A DNA stretch of 64,000 nucleotides from Eledone cirrhosa. Lineage: Eukaryota. The position numbers were made by a program, and so were the translations under genes. The DNA lies in NCBI GenBank assembly GCA_964016885.1, contig OZ024746.1, positions 98,704,001-98,768,000 on the forward strand, given 5' to 3'. Shown here in pieces: positions 1-13,028 of this stretch; the stretch's first letter is position 1, and every line of letters starts with the position of its first letter. The notes beneath the pieces are model-generated. The model did no database searches. It was given only the letters and a program-made list of their open reading frames with translations, and had not been told where the DNA came from.

Positions 1-855
1 CTATACACTACTAAATAATCACAACAATCTATCCATTACTAAATAATCACAACAATCTATCCATTACTAAATAATCACAACAATCTGTCCATTACTAAAT
101 AATCACAACAATCTATCCATTACTAAATAATCACAACAATCTATCCATTACTAAATAATCACAACAATCTATCCACTACTAAATAATCACAACAATCTGT
201 CCATTACTAAATAATCACAACAATCTATCCATTACTAAATAATCACAACAATCTATCCATTACTAAATAATCACAACAATCTATCCACTACTAAATAATC
301 ACAACAATCTGTACACTACTAAATAATCACAACAATCTGTCCATTACTAAATAATCACAACAATCTATCCGCTACTAAATAATCACAACAATCTGTCCAT
401 TACTAAATAATCACAACAATCTATCCACTACTAAATAATCACAACAATCTATCCACTACTAAATAATCACAACAATCTATCCACTACTAAATAATCACAA
501 CAATCTATACACTACTAAATAATCACAACAATCTGTACACTACTAAATAATCACAACAATCTGTACACTACTAAATAATCAGAACAATCTATCCATTACT
601 AAATAATCACAACAATCTGTACACTACTAAATAATCACAACAATCTATCCATTACTAAATAATCACAACAATCTGTACACTACTAAATAATCACAACAAT
701 CTGTACACTACTAAATAATCAGAACAATCTGTACACTACTAAATAATCACAACAATCTGTACACTACTAAATAATCACAACAATCTATCCACTACTAAAT
801 AATCACAACAATCTATCCACTACTAAATAATCACAACAATCTATCCATTACTAAA
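1..855. repeat. 28-bp minisatellite (ctatccattactaaataatcacaacaat), ~30 copies, runs off the window start
   Basis: Direct period of 28 nt. Confidence 0.95.
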
Positions 856-2610
856 GTCATAACAAACATTTGAAGAAACAGACTGCTTTTTAGATATTTT
901 CTGCTAAATCAATCCTGTGTGTTAAAGATTTGGGTTTGTAGAGATTCTTAGTAATGCTTATTGTAACAACATCCTGTCCAAGATTTTATCTTAGATTTAT
1001 TTTTACTGACCATCAAAGGAAATTTCATACACTATGTACTTTAAAACACTTATTATATCCGAACATTTAAATTACACAACTTTTGAGTTTCTTATTGTCC
1101 TTTATCTATTAATAACCTGCAGTGCATGAAGCTTCCTTAGTAAGACTGTATTGAAAAGTACAAAACCATTATGATTGTATTACATTGAAAATTAACCCTT
1201 TAGTATTTAAACAGGCCATAACTGACCCCTCGTACAATGTTAAGGTGTTGTTCTCAAAATTAATAATATCAAAATCTTATAGATTCACTATTATGTGAGA
1301 TAAAGCCTTTACCATGAAAATACAACAGTAAATATAGAGTAATGTGAATGCTAAAGGGTTAAGACATTTGCTCTAATTTTCACAATGATCTGACCAAGCA
1401 GATCTTAACTATTCCATCATATTTTCAGTCATAGTATATTTAGGACTATTGTTAGCTATTGTGCCTTTACTTGTGTAATGCTAATGGCAGGGTTGGATTA
1501 AGCTTTAAGCAAAATAAACACATACTTAGTGCCTCAAAGGAAGACAGGACACCATTTCTTTTTCAAATCAAATGTATTTGTAATTCCCCAAAAATTGTTT
1601 TCACTTGCAGACTCTCTCTCTCTCTATATATGTGTATATATATTCATATGTGTTTATGTATTTATATGTGTATATATATGGTGGGTGAGGAGACATACCA
1701 TAATCTTTAAAAGCTTAGCACCTCAAAAGGGCTTAATCCATCTCTGTCTATGGAGTACGTTTAAACAGCTTATTTTTGTTATGTTAAATCTGATGGTTCT
1801 TCTACTGGTTTGTTATACTGGAGCACTACATTAAAGGTTCTGTCAATGATATTGACTCCACTACTACTTTGATTGATCCCTATTTAAGTCACAGGACATA
1901 AAGAAACACATTAGACAGTTTTTTTTGTTTTTTTGTATACATTTAGTTTAGAATAGTGACACTGCATCCCTGCTGTAAGAGGCAACTAAAAAGGTTGGCC
2001 CTAGAGAGAGCTTCTAACCATTAAACATTGCCTCTTAAAGGACCCTATGATGTGCATGAAACTTATTATTGCACTCACATGGCTAACCCCTGCTTTAGAA
2101 AAGAAATGCTCTTAACCTTCAGGATGCTGAATTTTTTTATGAATTGCTTCCCTTGACACTATTATGTATTAAGGCGAGATTTCTCTATCGGTGACTTATG
2201 TTACCAACAGCACCAAGAAGGTTAAAATACTTGGTGTGTTATGTAATCATAAATACATTCACAACAAAAAGCACCCAGCGCACATTGTAAATGTGGTTGG
2301 CATTAGGAAGGGCATCCAGCTGTAGAAATCTAGCCAGAAACATTCCTATATGAGCAAGATATGGTCACCTGACTCGACATGTCTCTAATGGGACAACCTG
2401 TCTAACCCATGCTAGTGTGGAAAATGGACATTAAACTATGATGATAGCCATTTGACTCTACATTATGTAAACAGTTCTGTATCAGGTATCAGGTAGTGTT
2501 TTACCTGTGTATCGTATACAATGATTATAGGAGGCACCACAACATTACTTGTGTGTGGGGGAGAATAAATGAATATACAGGATTCTGTAAATAACACCGC
2601 ATGTAACTTA

Positions 2611-2962
2611 TATTGCAGAATACTCTGTAAATAGTGCAGCATATGTGCACCTAAGAGGTATTGCAGAATACTCTGTAAATAGTGCAACATGGGTGCACCT
2701 AAGAGGTATTGCAGAATACTCTGTAAATAGTGCAGCATATGTGCACCTAAGAGGTATTGCAGAATACTCTGTAAATAGTGAAACATGGGTGCACCTAAGA
2801 GGTATTGCAGAATACTCTGTAAATAGTGAAGCATATGTGCACCCAAGAGGTATAGTGCTGCATATGTGCACCCAAGAGGTATAACAGAATACTCTGTAAA
2901 TAGTGCAGCATATGTGCACCTAAGAGGTATAACATTGCATATGTGCACCTAAGAGGTATAGC
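2611..2962. repeat. 48-bp minisatellite (tattgcagaatactctgtaaatagtgcagcatatgtgcacctaagagg)
   Basis: Units start at 2611, 2659 and onward; later units are deleted. Confidence 0.95.
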
Positions 2963-3489
2963 AGTATTCTGGCTATTTGACAGATTACAAATAATCAAAT
3001 ATTGGCAATGCTGGTAGAAGGTAAAGAAAACCATTTATGAAGGTAGAGATGGTAAAAATAATGGAATAATGTTATAGAGACTTACTGTAGAGAGTAACTG
3101 TACTTAGAGATGGTAAAAATAATGCCAATACTTAGATTACTAATGATTGCTTACATTGGCATGAAGCCAGGTTTTTGTAGCAGAAGTAGAATTAAATGAT
3201 TCAACACACAGTATATTACTGGTATTTATTTTGTCACCACTGCCTCTATCATCACAAGAGATAAGACAGTTCTAAACTTAAGAATACTCCTTTGGGAATT
3301 AAAGTGGAAGAAATGAAAGGTTGTTATTAGATAAATTATATTACTGTAAAATAGCCTTTAGTAATTTAGCTGTTTGTCTAGTGTTTTGACAGTCTTTCTA
3401 ATTTATTCCTCATCATCAGCTTCAGCTTCAGCTTCTTTTTTTTTTTTTTTTTCCTTTTCTTCTTTCCCCCCCCCCCCCCCCCCCCCACA

Positions 3490-3980
3490 CACATTTTCCT
3501 GAGAGGGCTGTATGTGCAGAGTCCTCAAACACTCCATCCAGCAGGTCCTGTCAGAAATAACCGTCTTCAACTGATCCAGCTGGATCCCCAAGCGAGACCA
3601 ACCAAGCTCATAGATGTTATCCAACCCCCTTACTCGGGGTCTACCCCTGGGTCTCCTACCAGTTGGTTTCGCCCGTAAAATCTGTCCAGTGATTCTTTCC
3701 TGAGACATTCTAACCACATGTCCATAGTATTGCAGCTGTGATCTCAGAGAAGTAGCAGCTCTACCTGGAGTGACTCTCTCATCTCTCAGCTATGCACTCT
3801 ATCAAGTAATGTTATTTCAAGGACCCTTTGGAGGAACCTCATTTTGGCCGTTTGTATTCGCAATCATATTTTTTCGGTCATAGGTAAAAGTTGGCACAAA
3901 TTACCAGTGGATTTTGCTTTTATGCCTACCTCCCTTCTGATTACCGAATGCTGAAGTTGGTGCATTACTCAGCCTCTTGC
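3490..3980 (-). mobile_element. RTE-clade LINE 3' fragment (family also at ~10870-11200 +, 39570-40170 +, 56740-56930 +, 62870-63110 +)
   Basis: [36 protein letters not shown] is the typical RTE ORF2 C-terminus. Confidence 0.8.
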
Positions 3981-6582
3981 CTTCCATCAGTCAAAATTTG
4001 TATTCAGAAGAGCTGGAGGAAAACATTATTGTCAGACATTTAACACTTTATCATTTACATTATTCTATATATAGTATTGTACTTCACAGTAAAGGCTTTA
4101 CTTCATATAATTATCTCACATAATATTGAATCTATGAGATTTTGATATTATTTATTTTGAGAACAATACCTTAACATAAGTATGAGCTGCCGGTTATGGC
4201 TGGTTTGAACAGAAAGAGGTGAGAGAATTCTGGCCAGTTACAGCTGGTTTAGATGCTAAAGGGCTAAGAAATATTGTAAGATATGCAAAACAAAGAGTCA
4301 AGATGATTCTTGATCAGTGTCAAAGATATGACAATTTCCCTGCCACTGGTGCCACTATAAAATACACTGAGTAGAAATGCAGACACCTGATCCCCCTTAG
4401 CACCACCCAGTAGAGTGCAGGAATGTGAGTGAGATGGAGGCCCCTAGCCCATCTGAGAGGTCAATGGCTCTGCTTGAGTGCTGACTTGATCTGTGATTGT
4501 CCATCCAACCTTTGCTAGCAGGGAAAATGGATATTCTATAATGATGATGACGACATTTAATAACGCATGACAAATTATCAGTTGTTAGAGCATAGGACAA
4601 AATATGTTGCAACATTTGAGGGTGATGGATTAGCAGGATTGTTAGAATGTTGGATGACATGCTTTACAGCATTTGGTCTGGTTCTTTTGTGTTCTGATTT
4701 CAAACCTTATTGAATTCCATTTGGGTTGTAGACTGCAGTAATTGTGTAAATCTGAGAGGAGAATATGTTGAATAAAATCATAATTAACTGATCCTCTTGT
4801 ATTTACTTTTACTTAAAGCCAGGATCTTTTCAACACCCTCTCATATATATTAACACTTTAACATTTAAACCGGTCATATTCAGCCAGAATTCTCTCACCT
4901 CTTTCTGTTCAAATCAGCCATAACTGGCCACTCATACTAATGTTAAGGTATTGTTCTCAAAATAACTAATATTAAAATCTTATAGATTGTTTACCGTGAA
5001 AATACGATAGTAAATATAGAGTAATGTAAATGCTAAAGGGTTCTCTCAATGATACTACTTTTCTTTCTATCCTGAAACATTTGCAGCAAAGAGTTACGGC
5101 CCTTTATGGTCTGAGTTCAAATCCCGCCGAGGTTTACTTTGCCTTTCATCCTTACGGGGTCGATAAAATAAAGTACCAGTAATGCACTGTGTAATTGCTG
5201 GCCTTGTGCCAAAAGTAGAAACAATTATTTAACTATAGTTTATATAATGCATTGTTTAATGTCCTGGACAAGGCTGAAGAGGGGAAGTGTGTGTAGTTAA
5301 TGTCTCGTTTGAACTGTGTTGAATTGATAATTAGAAAAATAAAACACATGGTGAAGTAGGAGGTAGAGGAAGTTTCTGAGAACTGCTGTGTTGTGTATAG
5401 GATATGATGTGAGATTGTGAATGAGTATGAAGTACTTTAAGTGGGCCTTGATGATTGTATCTACATTCAGCAAGAAACAAAGATAGTTGAAATAGAAGTA
5501 AAAGAAGATGAAGGCGTGTGGCCAAGTGGTTAATGTTGGACCCACAATCTGGAGGTTGTGGGTTTGATTTCTGGACCAATATATTTGTGTTCTTGAGCAA
5601 GACACTTCATTTCATATTTCTTTTCAGCCAAAATCAGTCCTGTATGAGCATGACATGGTCACCTGACCTGGCATTGCCCACAACAGGACAACTCGTCTTA
5701 CCCATGCTTGTGTGGAAACATGGACGTTAAACAGTGCTGCTGATGATGATTATGATAGGACTATGCCCTACCATTAAAACACCTGAAAAGCCTCCTACAT
5801 TACTCTATATTTACTATTGTATTTTTGCGGTGAAGGCTTTAGCTCACATAATATTGAATCTATGAGATTTTGATATTATTTATTTTGAGAACAATACCTT
5901 AACATAAGTATGAGTGGCTGGTTTGAACAGAATGAGGTGAGAGAATTCTGTCTGTATACGGCCGGTTGAAATGCTAAAGGGTTAAACCTCATTTCTCATC
6001 TATTACTGATAATAGTTAACTATAAGACAAGCTATTTGATATTCTGAAAGTTTCAGATCATACTTCAAGTTAATTTACTTTACTTTATTTGCCAGTGCAG
6101 AATAATTTTTATTCGTTTCAAAATATTTTTTAGACTAAATTCAACAAAGTTAAAATTTTAGTGTCAATTATTGCTTAAAATAGATTATAAAAAGAAAAGG
6201 GGTTAAATATCTTTATTCACTTATATAACATATTCAGTGTGAGTTGGGCATCCATTGCTTTCGATGACAAGTGTTCATGAAATTAATGTGCAAGTGGCTG
6301 AGCATTCCACAGACACGTGTACCCTTAATGTAGTTTTCAGAAAGATTCAGCATGACACAGTATGCATTATAGGTACAACTCATTTTTGCCGGTTGAGTGG
6401 ACTAGTGCAACATGAAGTAAAGTGTCTTGCTCAAGAGCACAATACACTATCAGGGATCAAACACATGGTATTATGGTCTTGAGCTGAACTGACTAACCAC
6501 TAAGCCACACATCTTAACATTTCTCTAGAGTCACAAATATAACATTACAAACACTCCTTGATAGATTGTAGTCACTCAGAAA

Positions 6583-6588
6583 ACACAC

Positions 6589-6627
<39 letters not shown>

Positions 6628-7182
6628 CACACACGCCCCCCACACACACACGCGTACCCGCCCACACACGCGCACACACACACGCGAATGTTTAAATTGC
6701 AATATCTTTCTTGTTTTTACAATTTTATCTTTAATTTGTGTTTTTCATTGAGAAAAAACATGCACACACACGCATATACACACACACACGTGCACACACA
6801 CACACACACAACGTGCACACACTCACACACACACACACACACACACACAATGTGTACACACACACACACACACACAAGGCACAGCAGAAAGTTACAGAAA
6901 TTAGCTTGTGGGAAGAAACACATTGTAATCTTTGTTCATAGAGAAAGATAGACAGATAGATAGAGAGAGAGTGAGAAAGATAGACATATATATAGAGAGA
7001 GAGTGAGAAAGATAGACATATATAGAGAGAGAGAGTGAGAAAGATAGACATATATAGAGAGAGAGTGAGAAAGATAGACATATATATAGAGAGAGAGTGA
7101 GAAAGATAGACAGATAGATAGAGAGAGAGTGAGACAGATAGATAGAGAGAGAGTGAGAAAGATAGATAGAGAGAGAGAGAGT
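6583..7182. repeat. (CA)n tracts followed by a compound GA/TAGA repeat
   Basis: Visible dinucleotide and ~30-bp compound repeats. Confidence 0.9.
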
Positions 7183-7229
7183 GTATATCTAATTAAGGAA
7201 GTGAGCAGATTTATATAGATTAGTGACCC

Positions 7230-7600
7230 AGTGCCTGAAATAATCACAGTAATAGCCTTGTGGGTGGGGGGCAGAGTCCTGTTGAAAGATGTAGGGCCTT
7301 CCATTGGCCACCCTCTCCATCCAGGGCTTATTGTGCTCATCCAACAGCCTCACATTGCCGTTGGCACCAAGGTGGAGGCCATCGGGGACGAATTCAAGTG
7401 TCATGGTGGCGCCAGAGTGCTTCTTATGAGTTTTGTGCTCCGGCTTGAAATTGTCCTTATTGTCTGAGGCCCCATATGTCTTTGCAAGGTCTTAGACCAA
7501 GATTTTAAGGTATTTAAACGCTTCAATAATTTCCTTGGCTTTGTGGCCGACACACAGGTTCTCCACAACAGCAGCTCAATTATCATATTCTGAGGTCATG
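7230..7600 (-). mobile_element. Tc1/mariner (maT/DD37D-like) transposase relic
   Basis: KPWMERVANGRPYIFQQDSAP contains the second catalytic Asp motif (FQQDSAPxH); frameshifted. Confidence 0.7.
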
Positions 7601-9214
7601 TCAATTACTAAGCACCTGTCGTTGTACATAAGACAAGAGTAAGATTTGCTGTCACTGCCATCGTACCACCTACGAGGCTCTGTCCCCATTAGTGCTTTGG
7701 AAACCTCAAGCAGTCACTAATAACAGGGGACGCAAGCTCTCCTACCCTGGTGTCATCTCCAGAGATTCTGGTATTGAAATCCAAGACTTGACAACGGCAA
7801 TGAACAACAGACCCAGGTGGAGATCAATTGTTGAGTCAATTCCGGCTGAGACTATCGGATGTATATGAAGCACCTCGTGTCAATGGCCAGACAGCTACTA
7901 AATTGTAGTACTTTCTAATGGTGCTCACGATAATTTGCTAAACTGTGGTGTCACGGGGCTGTTGACATATTTATCTGCGTCATACTGTATATCATCATCA
8001 TTATTTAACATCCATCTTCCACACTAGCATGGGTTAGACGGGTTGTCCTATTTGAGGCAAGTCGAGGTCAGATGACCATGTCTTGCTCATACAGAACCGA
8101 TTTTGACCTAGTTTCTACATCTGGACGCCCATCCTAATGCCAACCATATTTACAGTGAATACTGGGTGCCCTTTGTCGTGTCTCCATAACAACCACTATT
8201 CAGTGTAGGCTGGGCATTTTGGTGGGAGGGGTGTTTGTGGGGATTAAGGATGTGGGTATTTGGGCGTGTGTGAGGGGCAGAGTGTTATGACATGGGAGGT
8301 GTGTGGAAAGGAGATGTATTCTTCTAATAAATATACAAATACATATTATGGTTGATGATGATTATTAAAAAACGGCAGTGGATTTGCTTTACGGCAAAGA
8401 GTTACGGGCCTTTGCGATCTGAGTTCAAATCCCGCCAAGGTTAGCTTTAACTTTCATCCTTACAGGGTCGATATATTAAAGTACCAGTAATGCACTGGGG
8501 TTGATTTAATCACCTTTCCCCTCCTCCAAATTGCTGGCCTTGTTCCTAAATCAGAAACCATTATTAAAACACCAATAGCTGCAGATTTGTTACAGATTTA
8601 GAATTTATCTGTAAACAGACAAAAAAAGCATCCCTTGATAAAATATCTATTTGCACATTAAATTTGCCTAAAAATGTTTTTTTTTCTTTTTACATATTTT
8701 ATTGGTGTGTACATGCTTGCACATATGTGCACATATGCACACACACTCACACAATTTTTTTCTACTGGTTTCAGTGGGGTGGTGCTTGTCAAATTGGACC
8801 GAGGAAACAATGCTTCCGTTGGTCTTTCCAACTGCTAATACTATCTACCAGTTGCAAATCCAGGCAGAAGGAGCAACGTGAAATAAAGTGTCTTGCTCAA
8901 GGACATAACGCACCACTGAGTCCAGGAATTGAACTCACAACCTCATGATTGCGAATCTAATTATCTAACCACTCAGCCACGTGCCTTTATATATATATAT
9001 AAATAAGTTGAAACAGAAAACAAAAACAATAACGAAGAGTGCAGTACAAAGTGTTAGTATTAGGTTCACATCAGACCCACCTGCGCACCTTGTTGAGTAC
9101 TCTACCCTGCATACTGAAGTGTCAGTTCACATCAGACCTACCTACGCACCTCGTTGAGTGCTCTACCCTGCATATTGAAGTGTCTGTAACTAACCAATAC
9201 ATACTCAAATTCAA

Positions 9215-9547
9215 ATATTCGAGTTGAGAAAGAAACTGGGTATAAGAGGGATAAGTTGTGGTGTGCGGGAGAGAAGACTGCGATGGTATGGACATGTGAT
9301 GCTCATGGAAGATAACCGATGGGTGAAGAAGTGCCAGGAAGTCCCAGTGGAGGGAAGACGCAGTAGAGGAAGACCACGTAAAACATGGGTGGAGGTGGTG
9401 AGAGCAGACCTCAGGTGGCTGAAACTCACCGAGGAGATGACGAAGGACCGTGACAAGTGGAGAGGTGCTGTGCTGTGCTGAATAGGACCTGTCCCACCCT
9501 TGCAAGCAGGGAAAAGCGGACGTAAAATGATGATGATGATGATGATG
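9215..9547 (+). mobile_element. RTE-clade LINE 3' end with (TGA)n tail
   Basis: [22 protein letters not shown]...GRPRKTW, then 3'UTR gcaagcagggaaaagcggacgtaaaa(tga)n. A related fragment lies at 10190-10390 (-). Confidence 0.85.
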
Positions 9548-10417
9548 CTGACGGCATATATACACTTCAGTATGCATGGTAGAGCACTCAACGAAGTACA
9601 CAGGGGGGTCTGATTACTCCAGAGTAATTTAAAACAATAATTGTCAGTCAACAGGTTAAAATTAAGTTTCATCATCATCATCATCATCATCATCAGGTTT
9701 AGCGTCCGTGTTCCACGCTTGCATGGGTTTGGACGGGGGTTTTCCCACTTGAGGCAAGAGTGGTTGTCTTGCTCGCATAGGACTGTCTGGCGGGTTTTCT
9801 ACAGTTGGATGCCCTTCCTAACACCAACCACATTTACAGTGTGGGGCTGGGAGGTTTTTACCATGTTGCCTACACGGCCACATTACAGCGTGGACTATCT
9901 GGCGGGTTTTCTACAGCTGGATGCCCTTCCTAACACCAACCACATTTACAGTGTGGGGCTGGGAGGTTTTTACCGTGTTGCCTACACGGCCACATTTACA
10001 GCGTGGACTGTGTGTTTTTTTTGTCGTGACACCTACACGATCTCATTTGTTTCGGCCTGGATGTTGTGGGACCAACATAACTTTACATTGAAAGGGGCGG
10101 TGTGGATGGGGTGGAGGTGGTGGGACGGGGGGGGGGGGGGGGGGGGTTGATAGAGATGCCTACTGACTGTAGTAGGTTTTTACTTTGTATTTAGGTAAGG
10201 CGGGTCTTCTCTATTACTGAGTACCGCCAAAGGTCTCGGTCCAGTGACATTGTCTTGGAGAGGTGTAAGCGTGTGAGGTCGGAATTTATCAGCTCGTCCC
10301 ATGTTTTTCTGGGTCTGCCTACTCCGTGGCTACCGTCTATCTTTATTGCCCTGCACTTTGTTATACAGCTGTCGTCTTTCATGCGCATCATAAGTTTGTT
10401 TATTCTTATTCGGTCTA

Positions 10418-10484
10418 ATATATATATTTATATATATATATATACACAAATACACATCCATGAATATGTGTGTATATGTATGTA

Positions 10485-10524
<40 letters not shown>

Positions 10525-10556
10525 CACACACACACACACACACATACACATACATT

Positions 10557-10599
<43 letters not shown>

Positions 10600-10610
10600 A
10601 TATGTGTATG
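10418..10610. repeat. (TA)n/(CA)n/(TG)n compound microsatellite
   Basis: Visible; the CA and TG arms are inverted around 10557. Confidence 0.9.
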
Positions 10611-12281
10611 TTTAAGCAATCAGTCCTTTTCTATTGCTAATCAGAATCTTATATATTGGCAATCAGTACTACATATAAAAGATGATTGTTCTTTTGATAT
10701 TGTTTCTGAAAGTTCTGTATTGCAGGAAAGAATGGAGACATAGTATTTCAGTGGAATAAGTTGTCTTCTGTAAAACATTTCTGGTTGAGATTGTAGCTCT
10801 TTTCTTCTTTTGTTTTTGTAATCTTGCTTTTCTCTTGATTTATTTTCTCATATTTTCATCACATTTTTCTATGGAGTGACGTTACTCGATAAAGCACGTA
10901 GCTCAGAGATCAGAGAGTCACTACTTCTCCTAATTGAGAGATCACAGCTCCGATACTATGGACATGTGGTTAGAATGTCTAAGGAAAGAATCACTGGACA
11001 GATTTTACAGGCAAAACCAACTGGCAAGGGTCCCAGGAGTAGACTCTGAGCAAGATGGTTGGATAACATTCATGAGGTCGACTGTTCACGCTTGGGGATC
11101 CAGTTGAATCAGTTGGAGACGGTTACTTCTAAGAGGACCCACTGGAAGGAGTGTTTGAGGACTCTCTCCTCACGAGCCTCTCAGGAAGAAGTGGGCAAAG
11201 AAGACATTTTCTTCACTTATCTCCCCCCTCTGCCCTTGTTCCACTCTTAAAGGCAAGAATGAAAGGAGGAGCTGTATTCAGACCTTGATAGGAGATGGGC
11301 TCTGCTAGGTTTACAAATGCTGTATGTCAATACAGCGCCCCTAGGACTTACTCGGGAGTTATGGGACCATGCATGCGACACCAACTTACCTAAAGCTGCC
11401 CCCTGTTTTATCTTACAACATAATTTGGTATAAGAACCTTTTCAGTTAAAAATACCATCTTAATAATGATTTCTAGTATGGGCACAAGGCCAGTAATTTT
11501 GGGGGAGGGGAAAGTAGATTAAATCGACCCCAGTACGTTACTGGTGCTTTATTTTATCGATCCTGTAAGAATGAAAGGCAAAGTTAACCTCGGCGGGATT
11601 TGAACTCAGGCCGTAAAGGATCGTAACTCTATGCTGCAAAGCATGGAGCCTGACCCTCTACCGATTCTGCCAATCCACCACCCTCAATAATGAAATAATT
11701 TTAGTAAATCCTTCAAAATTTACATTTTACATTAATTTATTTTCATACAATACATCTCATTAGAAATATGGTAATAAAAACGTTAAATAATTTAGTTTCT
11801 TTCTCTCATTCATCCATGCTTACCCCCAATCAGATTTTGAAGCTTAGTGCAATATATTGTGTTGGTGTTGGACCTCAGTCACCTTCAACGACAATTGTTC
11901 CAGTGAATCGCACAATGGAACAGCCTGACTATGAAATGAGTGTGCAAGTGGCTGAGCATTCCACAGACACATATACCTTTAATGTAGTTCTCAGGAAATG
12001 CAGCATGACAAATGTGTCAAGACTGGTCTTTTGAACTACAAGTACAATTCATTTTTCTCACCTGAATGGACTGGAACCACATGAAATAAAGTGTCTTTGC
12101 TCAAGGACACAATGCACCATCAGGAATCAGACTCACAACTTTAAGACTGAGAGCTGAGCGCTTTAACCCTTTAGCATTTAAACCGGCTGTATCCAGTCAG
12201 AATTCTCTCACCTCTTTCTGTTCAAACTGGCTGTAACTGGCTGCTTCTACTTATGTTAAGGTATTGTTTTCAAAATAAATA

Positions 12282-13028
12282 CTGTGTTTCCCCCCATTAT
12301 AAGCCACCCCCCAAAATAAACCATAGCACTATATTTCAGGATGGATTTAATATAAGCCATGCCCCCAAAATAAGCCGTAGCTGTGTCATGAATGCACTAC
12401 GAGCAGGCTATCTGGATAAGAACTCTCAATTCAATTCGACCTCTATTGCTCAACATGAAAGACTACGGACAGAAATTCTGCAGGCAATTGAGTCACAAGA
12501 AAATTCCACAGGAATCATTGAATCCACTGATTTGGAAAACAATGACAATCCAGAGCAGGATGACATGATTATTTTTGAATAAATTAGTGGATTATTTCGC
12601 TCATGAATTTTTGAATTAAAGGGTGTGTTCATTTTTAATAAATTTGATCTTTCAAGTAAACGTTGCGCGTAAATGCTGATTGTTTTTTCGTAATTTCCAA
12701 TCATTTAGAGAATTTGTAATTTTCAGTTTCGTAGTGTCGTTTTTTCGGTATATAAAGCCCCTCCCCCGAAAATAAGCCGTAGTGGTACATTTCGGTATAT
12801 GAAGCCCCTCCCCCGAAAATAAGCCGTAGTGGTACATTTCGGTATATGAAGCCCCTCCCCCGAAAATAAGCCGTAGTGGTACATTTCGGTATATGAAGCC
12901 CCTCCCCCCAAAATAAGCCGTAGTGGTACATTTCGGTATATGAAGCCCCTCCCCCCAAAATAAGCCGTAGTGGTACATTTCGGAGTAAAAATTAATATAA
13001 GCCATGGCTTATAATTGGGGAAACGCGG
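12282..13028. mobile_element. Non-autonomous TcMar (pogo/Tc2-like) DNA element with transposase C-terminal remnant and internal 47-bp array
   Basis: TA-flanked TIRs ctgtgtttcccc...ggggaaacgcgg; remnant ORF ...ALRAGYLDKNSQFN...DDMIIFE; five 47-bp units at 12744-12978. Confidence 0.75.

Noticed and set aside
1-855. Regular repeats that could suggest a CRISPR array (also 2611-2962, 41222-42795, 51670-52388)
   Set aside because: Head-to-tail units with no unique spacers, no cas genes, and a eukaryotic context.
1678-1690. ATGGTGG/gtgagg as a possible phase-1 start exon
   Set aside because: Phase fits, but it sits at the end of a TA/TG microsatellite and lacks the conserved DRL residues; likely chance.
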